A DNA stretch of 64,000 nt, taken from contig OZ025725.1 of assembly GCA_964019335.1 (NCBI GenBank), positions 310,001 to 374,000 of the forward strand, in the 5' to 3' direction. The notes below the pieces were generated by a model. That model searched no databases. It was not told the DNA's origin and saw only the letters and a program-made list of their open reading frames with translations. Positions within the stretch are counted from its first letter, which is position 1; every line of letters starts with the position of its first letter. Below are positions 1 through 11,768 of this stretch, piece by piece. The position numbers and the translations under genes were made by a program. Origin of the DNA: Diplonema japonicum (lineage: Eukaryota; Protista; Euglenozoa: Diplonemea).

Positions 1-315
1 AAGAAAAAAAAAAGAAAAAAAAAAGGGTGTTATGGCAGAAACAAACACCAAATGGCTTGGGGTTTTTTAAATGTCTCTCTTTTTTTTTATTTTATTCCCC
101 CATATCTCACCCACATATAGCGTGAGATTGGTTACTTCGGTAGGAACGAAATAATTACAGTACAAAAAAAAGAAGAAAAGAAAACAGCGAGGAAAAAAAA
201 AGGGGGGGAGGGGAGAGGAGACGAATGACACCATTGTCAAAGAAAAAGAAAAAAGTGGTTTTTGCTCGTTTTAATTCTCTTTTTTCCCTCCCTTCTCCTC
301 TTAGCTTGGTACGTC

Positions 316-349
<34 letters not shown>

Positions 350-1125
350 CAAAGAAGAAAAAGGGGAAAGTGCAAGAAAAAAGCAAAAAGAAATGTGCAG
401 TTTAAAAAAAAAAAAAGAATTCCCTAACGTATTCGGAAGTAATGTTCAAAGGCGGGGGAAAGAAATGTTACTGGCGAATTTATATTTCTGAATACACTTC
501 TAAAAAAAGAAGCTGCGATTGTGCACTTTTTTTTTTGAGGGAGCATGAAAATAAAAATAAAATATAGCGCGCAATTTTTTTCTTCTTCCTACTTCGCCCC
601 CTTTCGTACCCTTTTTTTTTTTCTTTTTTTTTTTTTTATAGTTTGCTTTTTTTTTTTTTTTCCCTTCTTCTTTCCAGTTTTCCTTACTCTACCTTCCAAA
701 GTCCTCCAACGGGAGAAACTAAGGGGGAAGGGGAGGGGGGGGGGGGGGGGGGGATCGATTTTCCTTCTTCTTCTTCTTCTTTTTTTTTATATGGTGAAAC
801 ATGAAAAACATCTTGAGAGTTTGTCAAAAAAAAAAAGAAATACTAGGTAATTAAAAAAAGTTTTTTTTGTAACTGTTGCAATCTAAATAGTACCTTTTTG
901 TTTTTGAAAAGAAGAAATGTCACCGTCGGCGATCGACTTTCAGGTCCTGGAGGACATCCAGGTCCCCCGTCCATGTGGTGCGAGCTCCTCTGGGCAAATA
1001 TCACAGGAAGCTGAAGAAGAAGCCCCAGTGCCCAGATCCTCCCTACCCCCCTTTCCGTTTTCACTTTTTTTTTCCCCCCTATTTTTTTCTCGCTTTTTTT
1101 TTTTCTTTTTCTTTTTTTTCTGTGC

Positions 1126-1158
<33 letters not shown>

Positions 1159-1173
1159 GGAACCCCTCCCCCC

Positions 1174-2253
1174 ATGCCCCCACATGAAATAGCATCAGCG
1201 GGGGTTATTGCCCTGTTGGCAGGGGTTGCAAATGTGTTCCAAACGGGTGTGAACACGGAGCTGAGCAGTGGGTTCGAAGAGGGCGCCGCCGCGTTACAGG
1301 CAGCTTTCGTGAATTTCTGTGTGGGGTTGTTGGTGGTGACAACGCTGGCATGCGTGCAAAAACCCGGTCTAGACCAGTGCGAGCTGTTCACAGCCGCGAA
1401 CAACGCGAAATGGTACTCGTACCTCGGTGGGACATGCGGTGCCGCTTACGTTTCATGCTCCATCTTTCTAAGCAAAAAGCTCGGCATTGCCTTATACTAT
1501 GTTATCATGGTCACGGGCACCCTCCTCCTCTCCCTCGCCATCGACTACCGAGGTTTTTTAGACCTTCAAAAAAAACCAATCTCCGGGCAAAAAATTGTGT
1601 CGACCTGCTTCCTTGTAGCAGGCTGTATCATGGTCCAGGACATTGGGTCATCTGACGACTCGACAGGCCTCTCCACAGGGCTTAAGGTATTATACTCAAT
1701 ACTTGTATTTTTCTCGGGTTTCCTGCTTCCTATCCAAGCTGGTTTGAACCGGTCGATTCAAAATGTGGCAGGGACACCTCTACGAGCGGCAGTGGTTTCG
1801 TTTTACGTTGGGTGTATGACACTTGCTGTGATATGTGTGGTGGTGTACGCAACTTATGAACCTACAAAACTGACTGGTTCCGTCTGGTGGTCGTGGTCCG
1901 GGGGATTTCTCGGAGCATTTTTTGTGTCGGCTGCTATTTTTTCCGTGCCCGTTATTGGGGCAGGGTGGTACTACTGCATTATGATCGCTGCGCAGCTGTC
2001 AACGGCGTTTGTTTTCGACAGTTTCGGTTTTCTGGGGTACGAGAAAAAGAGCGTAACACCTATGCGAGCGAGCGGTGTTGCAGTAGCTATAGGATCTGTG
2101 ATGTTGTTTTCTTCGCCTCCGATATTTGGTCGGTCCGAGGGGCGGCAAGAAGTTGCGAACACCGAAAAGGGGTCCGACGACACCTCCCCGATGGCATCTC
2201 TCGCAGAATCTCTGAGGCACGAGGAGGAAGAAGGAGAAAAATTTACCCTTTAA
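1174..2253 (+). CDS. DMT-superfamily (YdcZ/DUF606-like, duplicated) membrane transporter; possible extra 5' exon 917-1056
   Basis: 359-aa ORF of two repeated 5-TM halves (WYSYLGGTCGAAYV / WWSWSGGFLGAFFV; IDYRGFL / FDSFGFLG). Coding-like ORF 917-1056 could be joined in frame by a GT..AG intron 1057-1154 (tentative). Confidence 0.8.
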   Translation: MPPHEIASAGVIALLAGVANVFQTGVNTELSSGFEEGAAALQAAFVNFCVGLLVVTTLACVQKPGLDQCELFTAANNAKWYSYLGGTCGAAYVSCSIFLSKKLGIALYYVIMVTGTLLLSLAIDYRGFLDLQKKPISGQKIVSTCFLVAGCIMVQDIGSSDDSTGLSTGLKVLYSILVFFSGFLLPIQAGLNRSIQNVAGTPLRAAVVSFYVGCMTLAVICVVVYATYEPTKLTGSVWWSWSGGFLGAFFVSAAIFSVPVIGAGWYYCIMIAAQLSTAFVFDSFGFLGYEKKSVTPMRASGVAVAIGSVMLFSSPPIFGRSEGRQEVANTEKGSDDTSPMASLAESLRHEEEEGEKFTL

Positions 2254-2265
2254 CAACAACAAAAA

Positions 2266-2303
<38 letters not shown>

Positions 2304-2580
2304 GGTTTTTTTTTTTTATCATAATTCTTTTGTTTTTTTTTCTCCCCCCCCCCCCTCGTCGTAAAAAGTTCAAAAATTGCGTTCGAATTTGAAACAGAGA
2401 CGGGGGGGAAATAAAAATTTTTAAAAAAAAAAAGAAAATAAAAGAAAAACAACGACAAAAACAACTATCATGGCCATGTCACGGATATTTTTTTGTGAAA
2501 ATGCTGTAAATGCTCTTCCCGCTGTGGCTGTTCTACGGTTGCACTCTGTTTTTAATTTTTTATTTCCGGCGTGCACATTC

Positions 2581-2702
2581 TTTTTTGCATGAACAAGAAA
2601 AACATTATATATTGATAATGAATTGTTAGTGCTAAAAGAATAGTGGTAGCATTGCTGGACTTATCCTTCTACAGGTTAATCCCGGCTGTGCACAAACAAC
2701 AA
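2581..2702. repeat. Dispersed repeat; second partial copy at 47796-47821 + 48452-48510
   Basis: TTTTTGCATGAACAAGAAAAACATTATATATTGATAATGAATTGTT and GGTTAATCCCGGCTGTGCACAAACAAC recur around the TIR element inside the SPL copy-1 intron. Confidence 0.7.
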
Positions 2703-2838
2703 TCATCCGACTCTTTTTGGCACAACCTGTGTTTAACATTCAGGATGAGTCTCCCTTGTGTTTCTATCACTTACTCAGAGATACTTATCGGCGAAAAAAG
2801 ACCGCGCCAACATGAGTGACATTTGTCGTATATTTTTG

Positions 2839-2869
<31 letters not shown>

Positions 2870-3065
2870 GTTTGAACAAAAAATGTCACGTTCAATAAAC
2901 CCCGTCTCCCCCCCCCTCCACCTTACTAAGAATTTCTTTTTTCTTTTTTTTTTTTTTTTTTTCCTAGAAAAAAAAAAAAAAAAAAAAAAATGCTCCTTTT
3001 TTAAAACAAAGAAAAAAAAAGGGGGGGAAAGAGGGGAGGAGGAAGAGGAAAAAAAAAAAAAAGAA

Positions 3066-3779
3066 ATGTGGAACGAGACCGGGTGTTGGAACGATAGAAA
3101 CGCAACACGGCGGGGCGAGGGAGGGTTCAAGGGGAACACTGTGGACGAAGTACTGGAAACAGTTTTCAGGGCGTACTGCTGTCATGGTGCAGGGTGGGGG
3201 GACAAGCTGTGGAGCCTGGACGGGGTTCGGGTGGCTAAGTGGTGCAGGGAGAGTGGGCTGACGAAAATGTGCTCTGACACCGGTGTAGACGTGGTGTTCT
3301 CTAAGTGCCTCGCGAATAAAGGCGATCGGCCATCGCGGAGAATAGATTTCATCACTTTCCGTGGGAGGTTCATCCCCCTTCTCGCAAGGGAGATCGGGAC
3401 CACCGCCAACCACGTGGCTGAGACCTTTGCAGCATGCCGTGCACCGCTCAACGTGAAGCCTACAAAGTTCGTCTTTGACAAGCCCCCTCCCCCGCTTCGT
3501 GAGAGTCGTGGTGAGAGCAAGCAGCGTTTCGTCATGGTGGAGCAGGCGGCATATGTTCCTCCTCCTCCTCCTCCTCCTCCTCCTCCTCCTCCTCCGCAGA
3601 TTTACCTCAGCTCCCCAGCTGCCCAGTCTTTCCGTCCTACAGTCACGCCGCCCTTGCCCCCCGAACCCGAACAACCCCCAACGCCACCCCCCGAGCCCTC
3701 CTCCTTCTCCAGCCTCCCTATCGAGTATCAGCTTATGTACGACGCCCTGCGGTATAGACACATGCTACGGGAGGCTTAG
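3066..3779 (+). CDS. p25-alpha (TPPP-like) domain protein with Pro-rich tail
   Basis: ATG after an A-tract; LETVFRAYC...LDGVRVAKWCRESGL...VDVVFSK...RIDFITF resembles the p25-alpha core; (CCT)n poly-Pro at about 3558-3596. Confidence 0.7.
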   Translation: MWNETGCWNDRNATRRGEGGFKGNTVDEVLETVFRAYCCHGAGWGDKLWSLDGVRVAKWCRESGLTKMCSDTGVDVVFSKCLANKGDRPSRRIDFITFRGRFIPLLAREIGTTANHVAETFAACRAPLNVKPTKFVFDKPPPPLRESRGESKQRFVMVEQAAYVPPPPPPPPPPPPPQIYLSSPAAQSFRPTVTPPLPPEPEQPPTPPPEPSSFSSLPIEYQLMYDALRYRHMLREA

Positions 3780-3895
3780 ATTGAAGGGTAGGGGAAAAAA
3801 ACCTTCTAATTGTACTTTTTTGTTGTTATTTGTTCGATTTTTTTCTTTCTTTTTTTTTTTTCCTTTTCTTCTTCACTGCACACCAGGCTGTAGGG

Positions 3896-5953
3896 ATGTC
3901 CGATGATGAAACATCGGTTGGCACGGTACGCAAGGCGGTCAGCGAGGTGTCCGGTGCCTCCAGGGTGCAGATGCTAAGCGCAAGCCCCGGGAGCTGGATA
4001 GCAGGGCGGTCCTCGCGGCACCCGTCGGTGTCGTCGTTGAGCGCAAGGTCGCAGCCAGTTCACGACGACCCACCCTTGTATGAGAGGGAAATTATTATCC
4101 CAGTGACCCCGAAGAAGAAGGACGAACAGAATGAAGACGACGGAAGGGTGAAGCACGAAATGCCTTGGTCCCCCTCGCACACAGGCCCACCGAGGTCGTT
4201 TATGGAGGACCTGACAAGCACCCCCGGCAAACCCTTCACACCTACCATCACGAAGAAAGCACACAACTCCGACAACAGCGGCATCGCCCACTTGCTCGAC
4301 TGCTCCTCGAAATACACAAGAGCCAGGAAGGACAACTCTGTCAACGACAGCACCAACTCCTTCACACCGAGGATCAACACCTACAGGACGAACTCCGAGA
4401 CCCGCGGCCCTGTTTTTGAGCGTCTCTATGAATGCAAAGGCAAGACAAAGGAAGTCGACCGCACATCCGAACCCGACGGCTACACAGGCAAGCCGATGAT
4501 CAACAACAACTCGAAAAGATCGGGCGATCGGTCCGCCGAGCTCCGTTTGAAATGGAACGAGGAACGCGAGCGGCGCATCGACGACCTGCGTGAAAGGGAG
4601 AAGATGAAGGAGCTGGAAGGAGTGACAGGGGCACCGAAGCTCAACGACAAGTCCCTCGAAATGTGCAGAAAAAGGGACGAGAAAGTCGAAGACAGACTGA
4701 TAAAATTCGGAAACCGTGTGAAACAAACAAGAAGCCAAGTAATGTCAGAGGAAGAACAGAGAACAAGGGATGACGCCAACCCGCACATCTCAGCACATGC
4801 TGCAGCAACAGTAAGCGATGCACCCGCACACGAAAGGCTGTACGCGATGCGAAGGGACAAGGAGGCCAAGGTGGAGGTTGCCGTCGCAGTGTCCGAAGCA
4901 GCATCGGAAGAGAGCTGCACGTTCCAACCTTCTATTTCAAAGAAGTCGCATCAGCTTGCAGGCGGCGACCTTCCGAAGTATGAGAAGATTGAAGACCGTC
5001 TCCTGCGGCAAGGCACTGAACACAAACAACGCTGCACTGAACATGCCAACCTACTCCGTAAAATCCAAGATGAGACACGTAGCGGTGCGCAGAACGTCGG
5101 CCCGTACTCCCGTTTGCTTGTCGACCTCGCGGAGAAAAAAGGCAAGCGACGCTCCTTCCGCGACCCCATTGGCGTCGACAATTGTGAAACTGCCGAAACG
5201 TTGAAGCAGAAACACCCCTCCGGCCACGCATTCCGACCTTACGTCGGGCAGAACAGCAGGGACATCGACCAACAAGTCCATGGCGACCGCCGACTGAACT
5301 GGGATGAACGCCTGGGAAATCTGTACTACAAAGAACAGGAGAAGGAGAACAAACTGCAAAGAATGCGGGGGACAAAAGAGGAAGAAGAAATGCTCCGGTG
5401 CAAAGTATCGCAGGCGGCGAAAGAGAGAAAAACCGACAGCGCCCTTCATGCAAGGAACAAAGCGTGGAAACAGAGACTGGAGAACAAAAGGAGATGGGGA
5501 AAGCATCAAAAAGAAGAGGATGAGATAAAAGAATGCACCTTTAGGCCGACGATCAACTCCCGGTCATCTTCACGAGCAAGGAGCCCGTCTTCGCGTGGAA
5601 GAAGCCCGACTTCACAGCCCCGAGTGTCGATGCCTCCCGAGCGACGAAGTTATGCGGCCATAGAAATGGAGAAAGAAGCACAACGCCATGAAGCTATCTC
5701 GCAGCATATTCAAGCCCAACTGTCTTCTTCGCCACCCCGTCCTAGCCAGGCTCCCTTCCCCTCCCCCCGTGGGATAGGCTCAGAATATGTTGCTACATCC
5801 CTATCTCCAGGCCTCCCAGCGCCTCTCTCTGATGAAGAATTTGATGAGGAATTCTATGATGGTGATGGCCACGACTCTGACAGGCTCGCGCTCCTTTCGC
5901 AGCTAGAGATGCACAGGTCTATTCTTGAAGAGGAAGAAGCTAGGAGGTACTGA
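3896..5953 (+). CDS. Hypothetical coiled-coil protein with repeated (C)TFxPxI / ERLY motifs, probably microtubule/flagellum-associated
   Basis: Long GC-rich ORF with FTPTIT, FTPRIN, CTFQPSI, CTFRPTIN, VFERLY, AHERLY repeats. Start placed at ATG 3896, after poly-T and AG. Confidence 0.75.
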   Translation: MSDDETSVGTVRKAVSEVSGASRVQMLSASPGSWIAGRSSRHPSVSSLSARSQPVHDDPPLYEREIIIPVTPKKKDEQNEDDGRVKHEMPWSPSHTGPPRSFMEDLTSTPGKPFTPTITKKAHNSDNSGIAHLLDCSSKYTRARKDNSVNDSTNSFTPRINTYRTNSETRGPVFERLYECKGKTKEVDRTSEPDGYTGKPMINNNSKRSGDRSAELRLKWNEERERRIDDLREREKMKELEGVTGAPKLNDKSLEMCRKRDEKVEDRLIKFGNRVKQTRSQVMSEEEQRTRDDANPHISAHAAATVSDAPAHERLYAMRRDKEAKVEVAVAVSEAASEESCTFQPSISKKSHQLAGGDLPKYEKIEDRLLRQGTEHKQRCTEHANLLRKIQDETRSGAQNVGPYSRLLVDLAEKKGKRRSFRDPIGVDNCETAETLKQKHPSGHAFRPYVGQNSRDIDQQVHGDRRLNWDERLGNLYYKEQEKENKLQRMRGTKEEEEMLRCKVSQAAKERKTDSALHARNKAWKQRLENKRRWGKHQKEEDEIKECTFRPTINSRSSSRARSPSSRGRSPTSQPRVSMPPERRSYAAIEMEKEAQRHEAISQHIQAQLSSSPPRPSQAPFPSPRGIGSEYVATSLSPGLPAPLSDEEFDEEFYDGDGHDSDRLALLSQLEMHRSILEEEEARRY

Positions 5954-6432
5954 TTAGAATTGTAGAAGAACTTATTCCGATTTTCTGTATAAAGCCCTTT
6001 TTTTTTTTGTTTTTTTTTTTTATTATTTGTCTCCCTTATTCCCCCTCCCTTTCCTGTATATGGTTGTTGTCAAAAAAAACTTTTTGAAAATAGTAAATTG
6101 ATAGAGCAAATATAAGCCCCCTCCCCCCCATTTCTGACTCATTTTTTTCAGGCGTCCTGCCACATACCGCAGGTACCCTTAAATGTCTCTTTTTTTTTTT
6201 TAACCACTGTATGAAACCCACCACTCCCCCCCCCTTTTTTTCTACTTCTCGTTTCTTCTTGTTTTTTGTCGTTGTTCTTAACACTGAGTTTTTATCCACC
6301 CCCTTTTTTTTTAGATTCTTTTTTTTTCCCCACTCCCCCCCCCCCCCGTCCCATTTCTTTTTTTTTTATAAATCGGCTTCATGGCGAGAAAAAAACTAAG
6401 GTGGGGAAAGGGAGAGGAGGGGGGAAAAAAAA

Positions 6433-8481
6433 ATGTTAACCCTCATGATCATATTAACTTTGGTGGGAAGCCGGTGCATACATGACGAGATATCAGAAGG
6501 ACTCCCTGAAATAGCGAGAAGCGAATCCGAGTACACAAGAGAGGGCGAAACACTAGAAGCGACCGGGATGCGCGTGAAGTTCCTGTTTGGCAAAGACTAC
6601 TGCAGGCACAAAGGCGAGACGGTTTCAACAGAAAAGGGACTCACGACAGAGTGCAGGACCGCGGACGTCCTTACACTTGAAAAACGGAAAATAATCGACG
6701 AGATGCTGGAAAAAGCCTCGGGGTGGATCCAGGAAGCCCTGGAACCGGTGAAGAAACCAAGCAAAATCCACGTAAGGACGCAGAAATGCTCGCTGGTAGA
6801 GGTCCCCTCGTGCATCCGCAAGAACGGTTTAGAGTCCGTCGACTTCGCAGCATTCGTCTCCGCCTTTCCAATGAGTGACTCATCCTCAACTACACTAGCG
6901 TATTCAACTCCATGCCAAGAAGATGAAACAGGACGAACCATTGCAGGGCATATCAACATAGTCCCATCTGCGTTAGTAGCGCATCCAACAGATGAAAAGT
7001 ACCACAACGAGGTTATGGTAATAATACACGAGCTGATGCACGCGCTGGGGCTTTCCTCCCGGTTCTGGTCGGACACCAACAACAACCACAACCCGAGGTA
7101 CGGATGGTTCAAAGGGCAGACCCTTCCCATCACGCAAGAAATCAACGGAACGCTGTTCCTTACATCGTCAAGGGTAAAACAAGAAGCAAGGGCACACTTT
7201 GGATGCGACACCATTCCAGGTATTCCCATTGAACGCCATGGCGGTACCGGTTCCAAAGGGTCTCACTGGGAACAACTCTTCTTAGGACCTGAGGCTATGA
7301 CCTATACCATCGCGTCTGTAACACCTGTCATGATGTCGCGCATCACGCTCGCTTACTTCGAGGACACCGGTTTCTACCATGCAAATTATTCCGTAGCAGA
7401 CCGCGCGCCTGTTCTGCACTACGGGAAAGGAACCTGTATGCAGTACAAACAATGCAACGGGCGTGACATGTGCAAACATACCGGGAAGTATCAATGCAAC
7501 CCTGATAGAACCGGTGTAGCATGGTGCAGCTCGTTCGAAGAATGCAACACCCTTTCTGATTATTATCTATGTGCGTCGCCCCATCCCGATCCTTGCTCGG
7601 GAAGGCCTTACAACTCCTGCACGGAGGAAACATTCGAACAAAGCTGCCGGTGGAACGCCAAGGAAAACACCTGCTATGACCATCACGCAGAGACTCGATC
7701 CCCCACTAGCAGGTGCTTCAACAGCGACATCATATCAAACATAAACACGAAACCACCCTCATCAGCTAGGGACATAAGATGCTTCCACACAGAGTGCGAC
7801 GCTACAACTCGCTCTTACACGGTACGGCTTCAAAACGGCGGTTCCGTCTCCTGTACACATAAACTGGAGATCCATGAAAACATAAAGGGGTACACCGGGA
7901 ATCTGCACTGTGCGGAATTCGATATCATTTGCGACTCTTCCCACTGGAAAGGCTACGAGGAACAGTTGCTTGTAACAGCTAACGGGAGCCTTCCGTCAGG
8001 AGATGTCCGGGACGACTGCGAGGTTGAACCCGTCATGACGTTGAATGGCTGTGAATGCCAAGCCACATGGGAGGTTGCTGGAAAGCCCTCTCATAAATGT
8101 GTTGATTCATGCTGCTCATTCGAACACGAGGCCAAATGGTGTTTCGTAGTAAGCACGGTTTGTGAGGGCTCCTTGTCCGGTCCCTGTGAGACGCTTGGTT
8201 TCTTCTCCACTCTGCGGTACAGATTTTTTCATAATAGGGAGGTTGTGGGATTCGCGGTGATCTGCGGGGGTGCTATGTTGGTTACTTACCTTTTCAAGCG
8301 CTGGCGTTCTAAAACGCCGCAGGAAGACCCTCAAGCCGTGCAAGTACCCACCCAGATACCTATCCCTGACGAGGCTCCTGCTTGCGATGTGGGTGCAGCA
8401 GGTGACATACCGTTGTGTAATAGAGATGTACAGATACAGCAGGAACTGCAGCCTCCTCCTCAGCATATCGATGCGGTGTGA
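6433..8481 (+). CDS. Leishmanolysin/GP63-like zinc metalloprotease (M8) with signal peptide, Cys-rich C-terminal region and TM helix
   Basis: HELMHALG zinc motif, GSKGSHWE, MSRITLAYFEDTGFY, N-terminal hydrophobic leader, C-terminal VVGFAVICGGAMLVTYLF. Confidence 0.9.
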   Translation: MLTLMIILTLVGSRCIHDEISEGLPEIARSESEYTREGETLEATGMRVKFLFGKDYCRHKGETVSTEKGLTTECRTADVLTLEKRKIIDEMLEKASGWIQEALEPVKKPSKIHVRTQKCSLVEVPSCIRKNGLESVDFAAFVSAFPMSDSSSTTLAYSTPCQEDETGRTIAGHINIVPSALVAHPTDEKYHNEVMVIIHELMHALGLSSRFWSDTNNNHNPRYGWFKGQTLPITQEINGTLFLTSSRVKQEARAHFGCDTIPGIPIERHGGTGSKGSHWEQLFLGPEAMTYTIASVTPVMMSRITLAYFEDTGFYHANYSVADRAPVLHYGKGTCMQYKQCNGRDMCKHTGKYQCNPDRTGVAWCSSFEECNTLSDYYLCASPHPDPCSGRPYNSCTEETFEQSCRWNAKENTCYDHHAETRSPTSRCFNSDIISNINTKPPSSARDIRCFHTECDATTRSYTVRLQNGGSVSCTHKLEIHENIKGYTGNLHCAEFDIICDSSHWKGYEEQLLVTANGSLPSGDVRDDCEVEPVMTLNGCECQATWEVAGKPSHKCVDSCCSFEHEAKWCFVVSTVCEGSLSGPCETLGFFSTLRYRFFHNREVVGFAVICGGAMLVTYLFKRWRSKTPQEDPQAVQVPTQIPIPDEAPACDVGAAGDIPLCNRDVQIQQELQPPPQHIDAV

Positions 8482-8824
8482 GAAGAACAGAGAGAAGTGC
8501 AATCTTCCCCACCTATCCTCGTGTTGATTTTTTTTATTTTTTTTTTTTTTATTTTTTGGAAAAAAACTGGAGATTCAAGGGTTTTTTAAAAAAAAAAATA
8601 CAGATGGAGGAAAAAAAAAAAAAAAAAGCAATGTTACAAATCGAAGAAAAGATTCACCTCATGTTAGTTAAAAAAAACCCCCCCCTCTTTTTTTTCAAAC
8701 AGAATCCTTTTATTTTGGACAAGTAATTAAAACGACAACAACTAAAAAAGGCAAGGGGGTGGGGTGGGGGGGGAGAGGCCGTGACAAGGCCTTTTTTTTT
8801 TATAAAAGGTTTATAGTTAACAGT

Positions 8825-9238
8825 ATGCATTCAATCACGGGCACGAGGACTGCGGTGGCACAGTTATACTGTAATCAGCGGAGTCTTGAGGCAGACGGGG
8901 GTGTGGTGGAAATGGATTTGTGTAAGCTAAGGGTCCTGGAGAGGAAGTATGGCGCAACCAACTTCGCTGATGGCAACGCTAGGCTGCTGGACGAGCGGAG
9001 CAAAATTGCAAGGAAGTTGGACAAGACAAACCAGCAGATCAGTGCTATGGAAGAAACGATGGCGGCCAGCAATGCTTACAAGGAAGCCCTCTTGACCCAC
9101 CCTCCCCTCTCTGTCCCGCGGGGACCTTCCCTTTCCCCTCCTCCTGCGAACCATGACCCATGGGTCTGCCCTATACCCACCATCGCTGATTCTGCTATCC
9201 TCTCTAATTCGTCCTCGTTCAGAGCAGGGGGCAAGTGA
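8825..9238 (+). CDS. Hypothetical protein (coiled coil + Pro-rich)
   Basis: GC-rich coding-like island between homopolymer spacers; ATG at 8825 just after an AG. Confidence 0.6.
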   Translation: MHSITGTRTAVAQLYCNQRSLEADGGVVEMDLCKLRVLERKYGATNFADGNARLLDERSKIARKLDKTNQQISAMEETMAASNAYKEALLTHPPLSVPRGPSLSPPPANHDPWVCPIPTIADSAILSNSSSFRAGGK

Positions 9239-9423
9239 TGCTTGAGTTTTCTTCTTTTTTTTTTTTGTTGTTATTGTATATCACGCTCCCCCCTCTTCCC
9301 CCGCTTCTTGGAAAAAAAAAAACTTTTTTTTTTATAGTGTCCCTTTTTTTTTTTTTTAAAGGTGAAGCGTCGGGTTCAGTGCTCTCCAATCTACTGGGCG
9401 CTAGTGGGTGTTGAAATGACTGT

Positions 9424-9553
9424 GGGCGTGAAATAAAGTACCTGATTTTCACGCCCAGCAAAATCAGCAACGTTTGGCTTAAAAACATGAGGAAAAATCA
9501 GATACTTAATTTCACGCCCAGGTCTGGGCGTGAAATAAAGTGAAACCTGATTT
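9424..9553. repeat. Cluster of direct/inverted GGGCGTGAAAT(A)AAGTA..CTGATTT motifs (MITE-like)
   Basis: Forward copies at 9424 and 9526, reverse-complement copies ending 9456 and 9519. Confidence 0.65.
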
Positions 9554-9597
9554 ATATCTTCCGGCCTAAATTCTTTGAGAGAGCTGCTCAGAATTGA

Positions 9598-9633
<36 letters not shown>

Positions 9634-9803
9634 GAAAAATGCCTGCGTGTGATATCGACTCCCCACCCCTCCCCCGCCTCTGCTCCCCCCCCCCCCCCCT
9701 TCTGTATATTATTTTTTAAAAATCTTTTGACCGTAGTCCAATCAGAAGCAATTGCAAAACAGAGGGTAGGGGGGGGGAGGTAAAAAAAAAAGAGAAGTTT
9801 CAG

Positions 9804-10234
9804 ATGGATCGCTTGAAAGTGATAGCGTTGGTGGTGGGAATAGTGAGTATGATGGTCTGGATGTTCCAGGTGGTAGCCCTGGCGGACGATAAGGGGTACG
9901 TGGAGTGGAATTCAAGATGCGGCAGTGGCATGATGCTGAACTCTTGTGGGGATAAGTCCCTCAGGGAAAGCTCCTGCAAGGAGGTAGCTGATCACGCCAA
10001 GGCCGCAGCTGCCTTTGGTGTTCTGACTATTCTGCTCCTCTCGGTTACCTGGATCACGCATACCTTGCTGGCTGTTCCTGTTATCAACAAGATGCTGATG
10101 GCAAGAAATGGCTTCAAGCAGTTTACTATGAACCATCTTTGGATTTTGCATCTTGTCGCTTCGCTTTTTCTGTTCATCACGTGGTGCACGCTGACCGGGC
10201 TTTACTATAGAGAGGTATAATATATATATATATA

Positions 10235-10274
<40 letters not shown>

Positions 10275-10507
10275 TATAGTTCTGCGGTGAGAAGATTAAG
10301 GATCTTGCCACGCTTCAGCATGGGTTTGCGTTTCTCATTATAAACAATGTGGTGGAGGTGGCGCTGGCGGTTACCTGCCTTCGGGGGTTGCATATTGGGG
10401 CTTCGGCCAACGCCGGGGAGAAAACCCCTCCTTCAACACCCCCTCCTGCCGACGAGAGGGGGCATACCCCTCAGAAGGCGTACGGAAACCCCTTGGCCTA
10501 TGACTGA
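9804..10507 (+). CDS. Amastin-like tetraspan surface protein; exons 9804-10214, 10280-10507
   Basis: C..C extracellular loop, AAAAFGVL, W....LYYRE|FCG....GFAFLI. Removing GT..AG intron 10215-10279 (phase 0) restores the fourth TM helix. Confidence 0.75.
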
Positions 10508-11529
10508 TTCAGAATCGGTTCTTTTTCTTTTTTTTTTTTTTTTTTTTTCCGTAGTTGTAGTTGCTATTCTTTCTGTCTTCCCCCCCCCCTACCCCCCCTT
10601 TTATTTCAACGTAGTTACCAGACACTTTTCGGGCAAAAAAAAAAATTGGGGCAGAAAAAAAAAGGGGCAAAAAAAAAAAAAAAAAAAAAAACCGGACTTG
10701 ACAGTCAGTTTTTCTTTCTTTTTTTTTTTCTCTTTTTTTTTTTGTAAATAAAAATGGGGGATTCCGGGCACGTACAAACAAACAGCCAGTTCCTCATTTA
10801 AAAAAAAAAAAAAAAAACTGCCCCCCGGGGGGGGGGGGGGGGGGGAGCGAATAACCCATTATTTTAAAACCGAATCTGCCCATCAAAAAAAAAAAACCAC
10901 AAAAAAAAAAAAACATTTCGTTTTTATTCCTACACGCATTAGGAATTTCCCCTTCATAGTATAAAAAGATGTTCCATTTTCTTTTTTTTTTGTCATCTTC
11001 TTTGCTAAAAAGGAGGAGGCGGCACTTGTTGGTTAGGCTTGTACACAACAAGCAAAACAGACTCTTTAGTTCTTTCTGGTAAATAAACCCCTGAGGGATT
11101 TCTTTTTTTTTCTTCTTCTTTTTCTTCTTCCTTCTTTATGACGATTTTTAAAAAAGGATAGAACTTAGTGAGCTGAAGTGGATGCACCTGCTCACTGAAG
11201 CTTTCGTCGAAAAAAAGAGAGAAAACAAAAGGAAAAAGCGATTCTTCCACACATCACCCCCCCCCCCCCCCCCCACGTCAGTCTTTCATATCTGTTCCCC
11301 CCCCCCCTTTTTTTCTTTTTTTTAAAAAAATTGCTTTTTTGTATACTTTTTCTGAAAGATTTCAATTCCGAAATTTTGTTATTCCTCTTTTTTTTAGTTC
11401 TTTCTATGTTCAAAAAAAAAAAAATAAGAAACCTCAGGAAGAGGAGGGGTGTATAATTACAACAACAAAAAAAAAAAAAAAAAAAAAAAAAAAAACAACC
11501 TACAACACACACACAACATTTAAAAAAAA

Positions 11530-11724
11530 ATGAGTAAGCCCCCGGTGATTCTAGACATTGGAACTGTTAACACGAGAGCAGGTACGCATTTTTTTTTTTT
11601 TTTTCTCTTTTTCTTTTTCCTTTCCCCCCCCCAAAAAAAAAGGGAGAGGAGGACAAACTGTACCGGAATGCGTTTTCCCGACATTGGTTGGAGAGGTCAA
11701 CAAACAGGTATCTAATAATTAGAT

Positions 11725-11768
<44 letters not shown>

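Noticed and set aside
225-850. Numerous poly-Phe/poly-Lys/poly-Pro/poly-Gly ORFs here and in all spacers
   Set aside because: Translations of homopolymer tracts, not genes.
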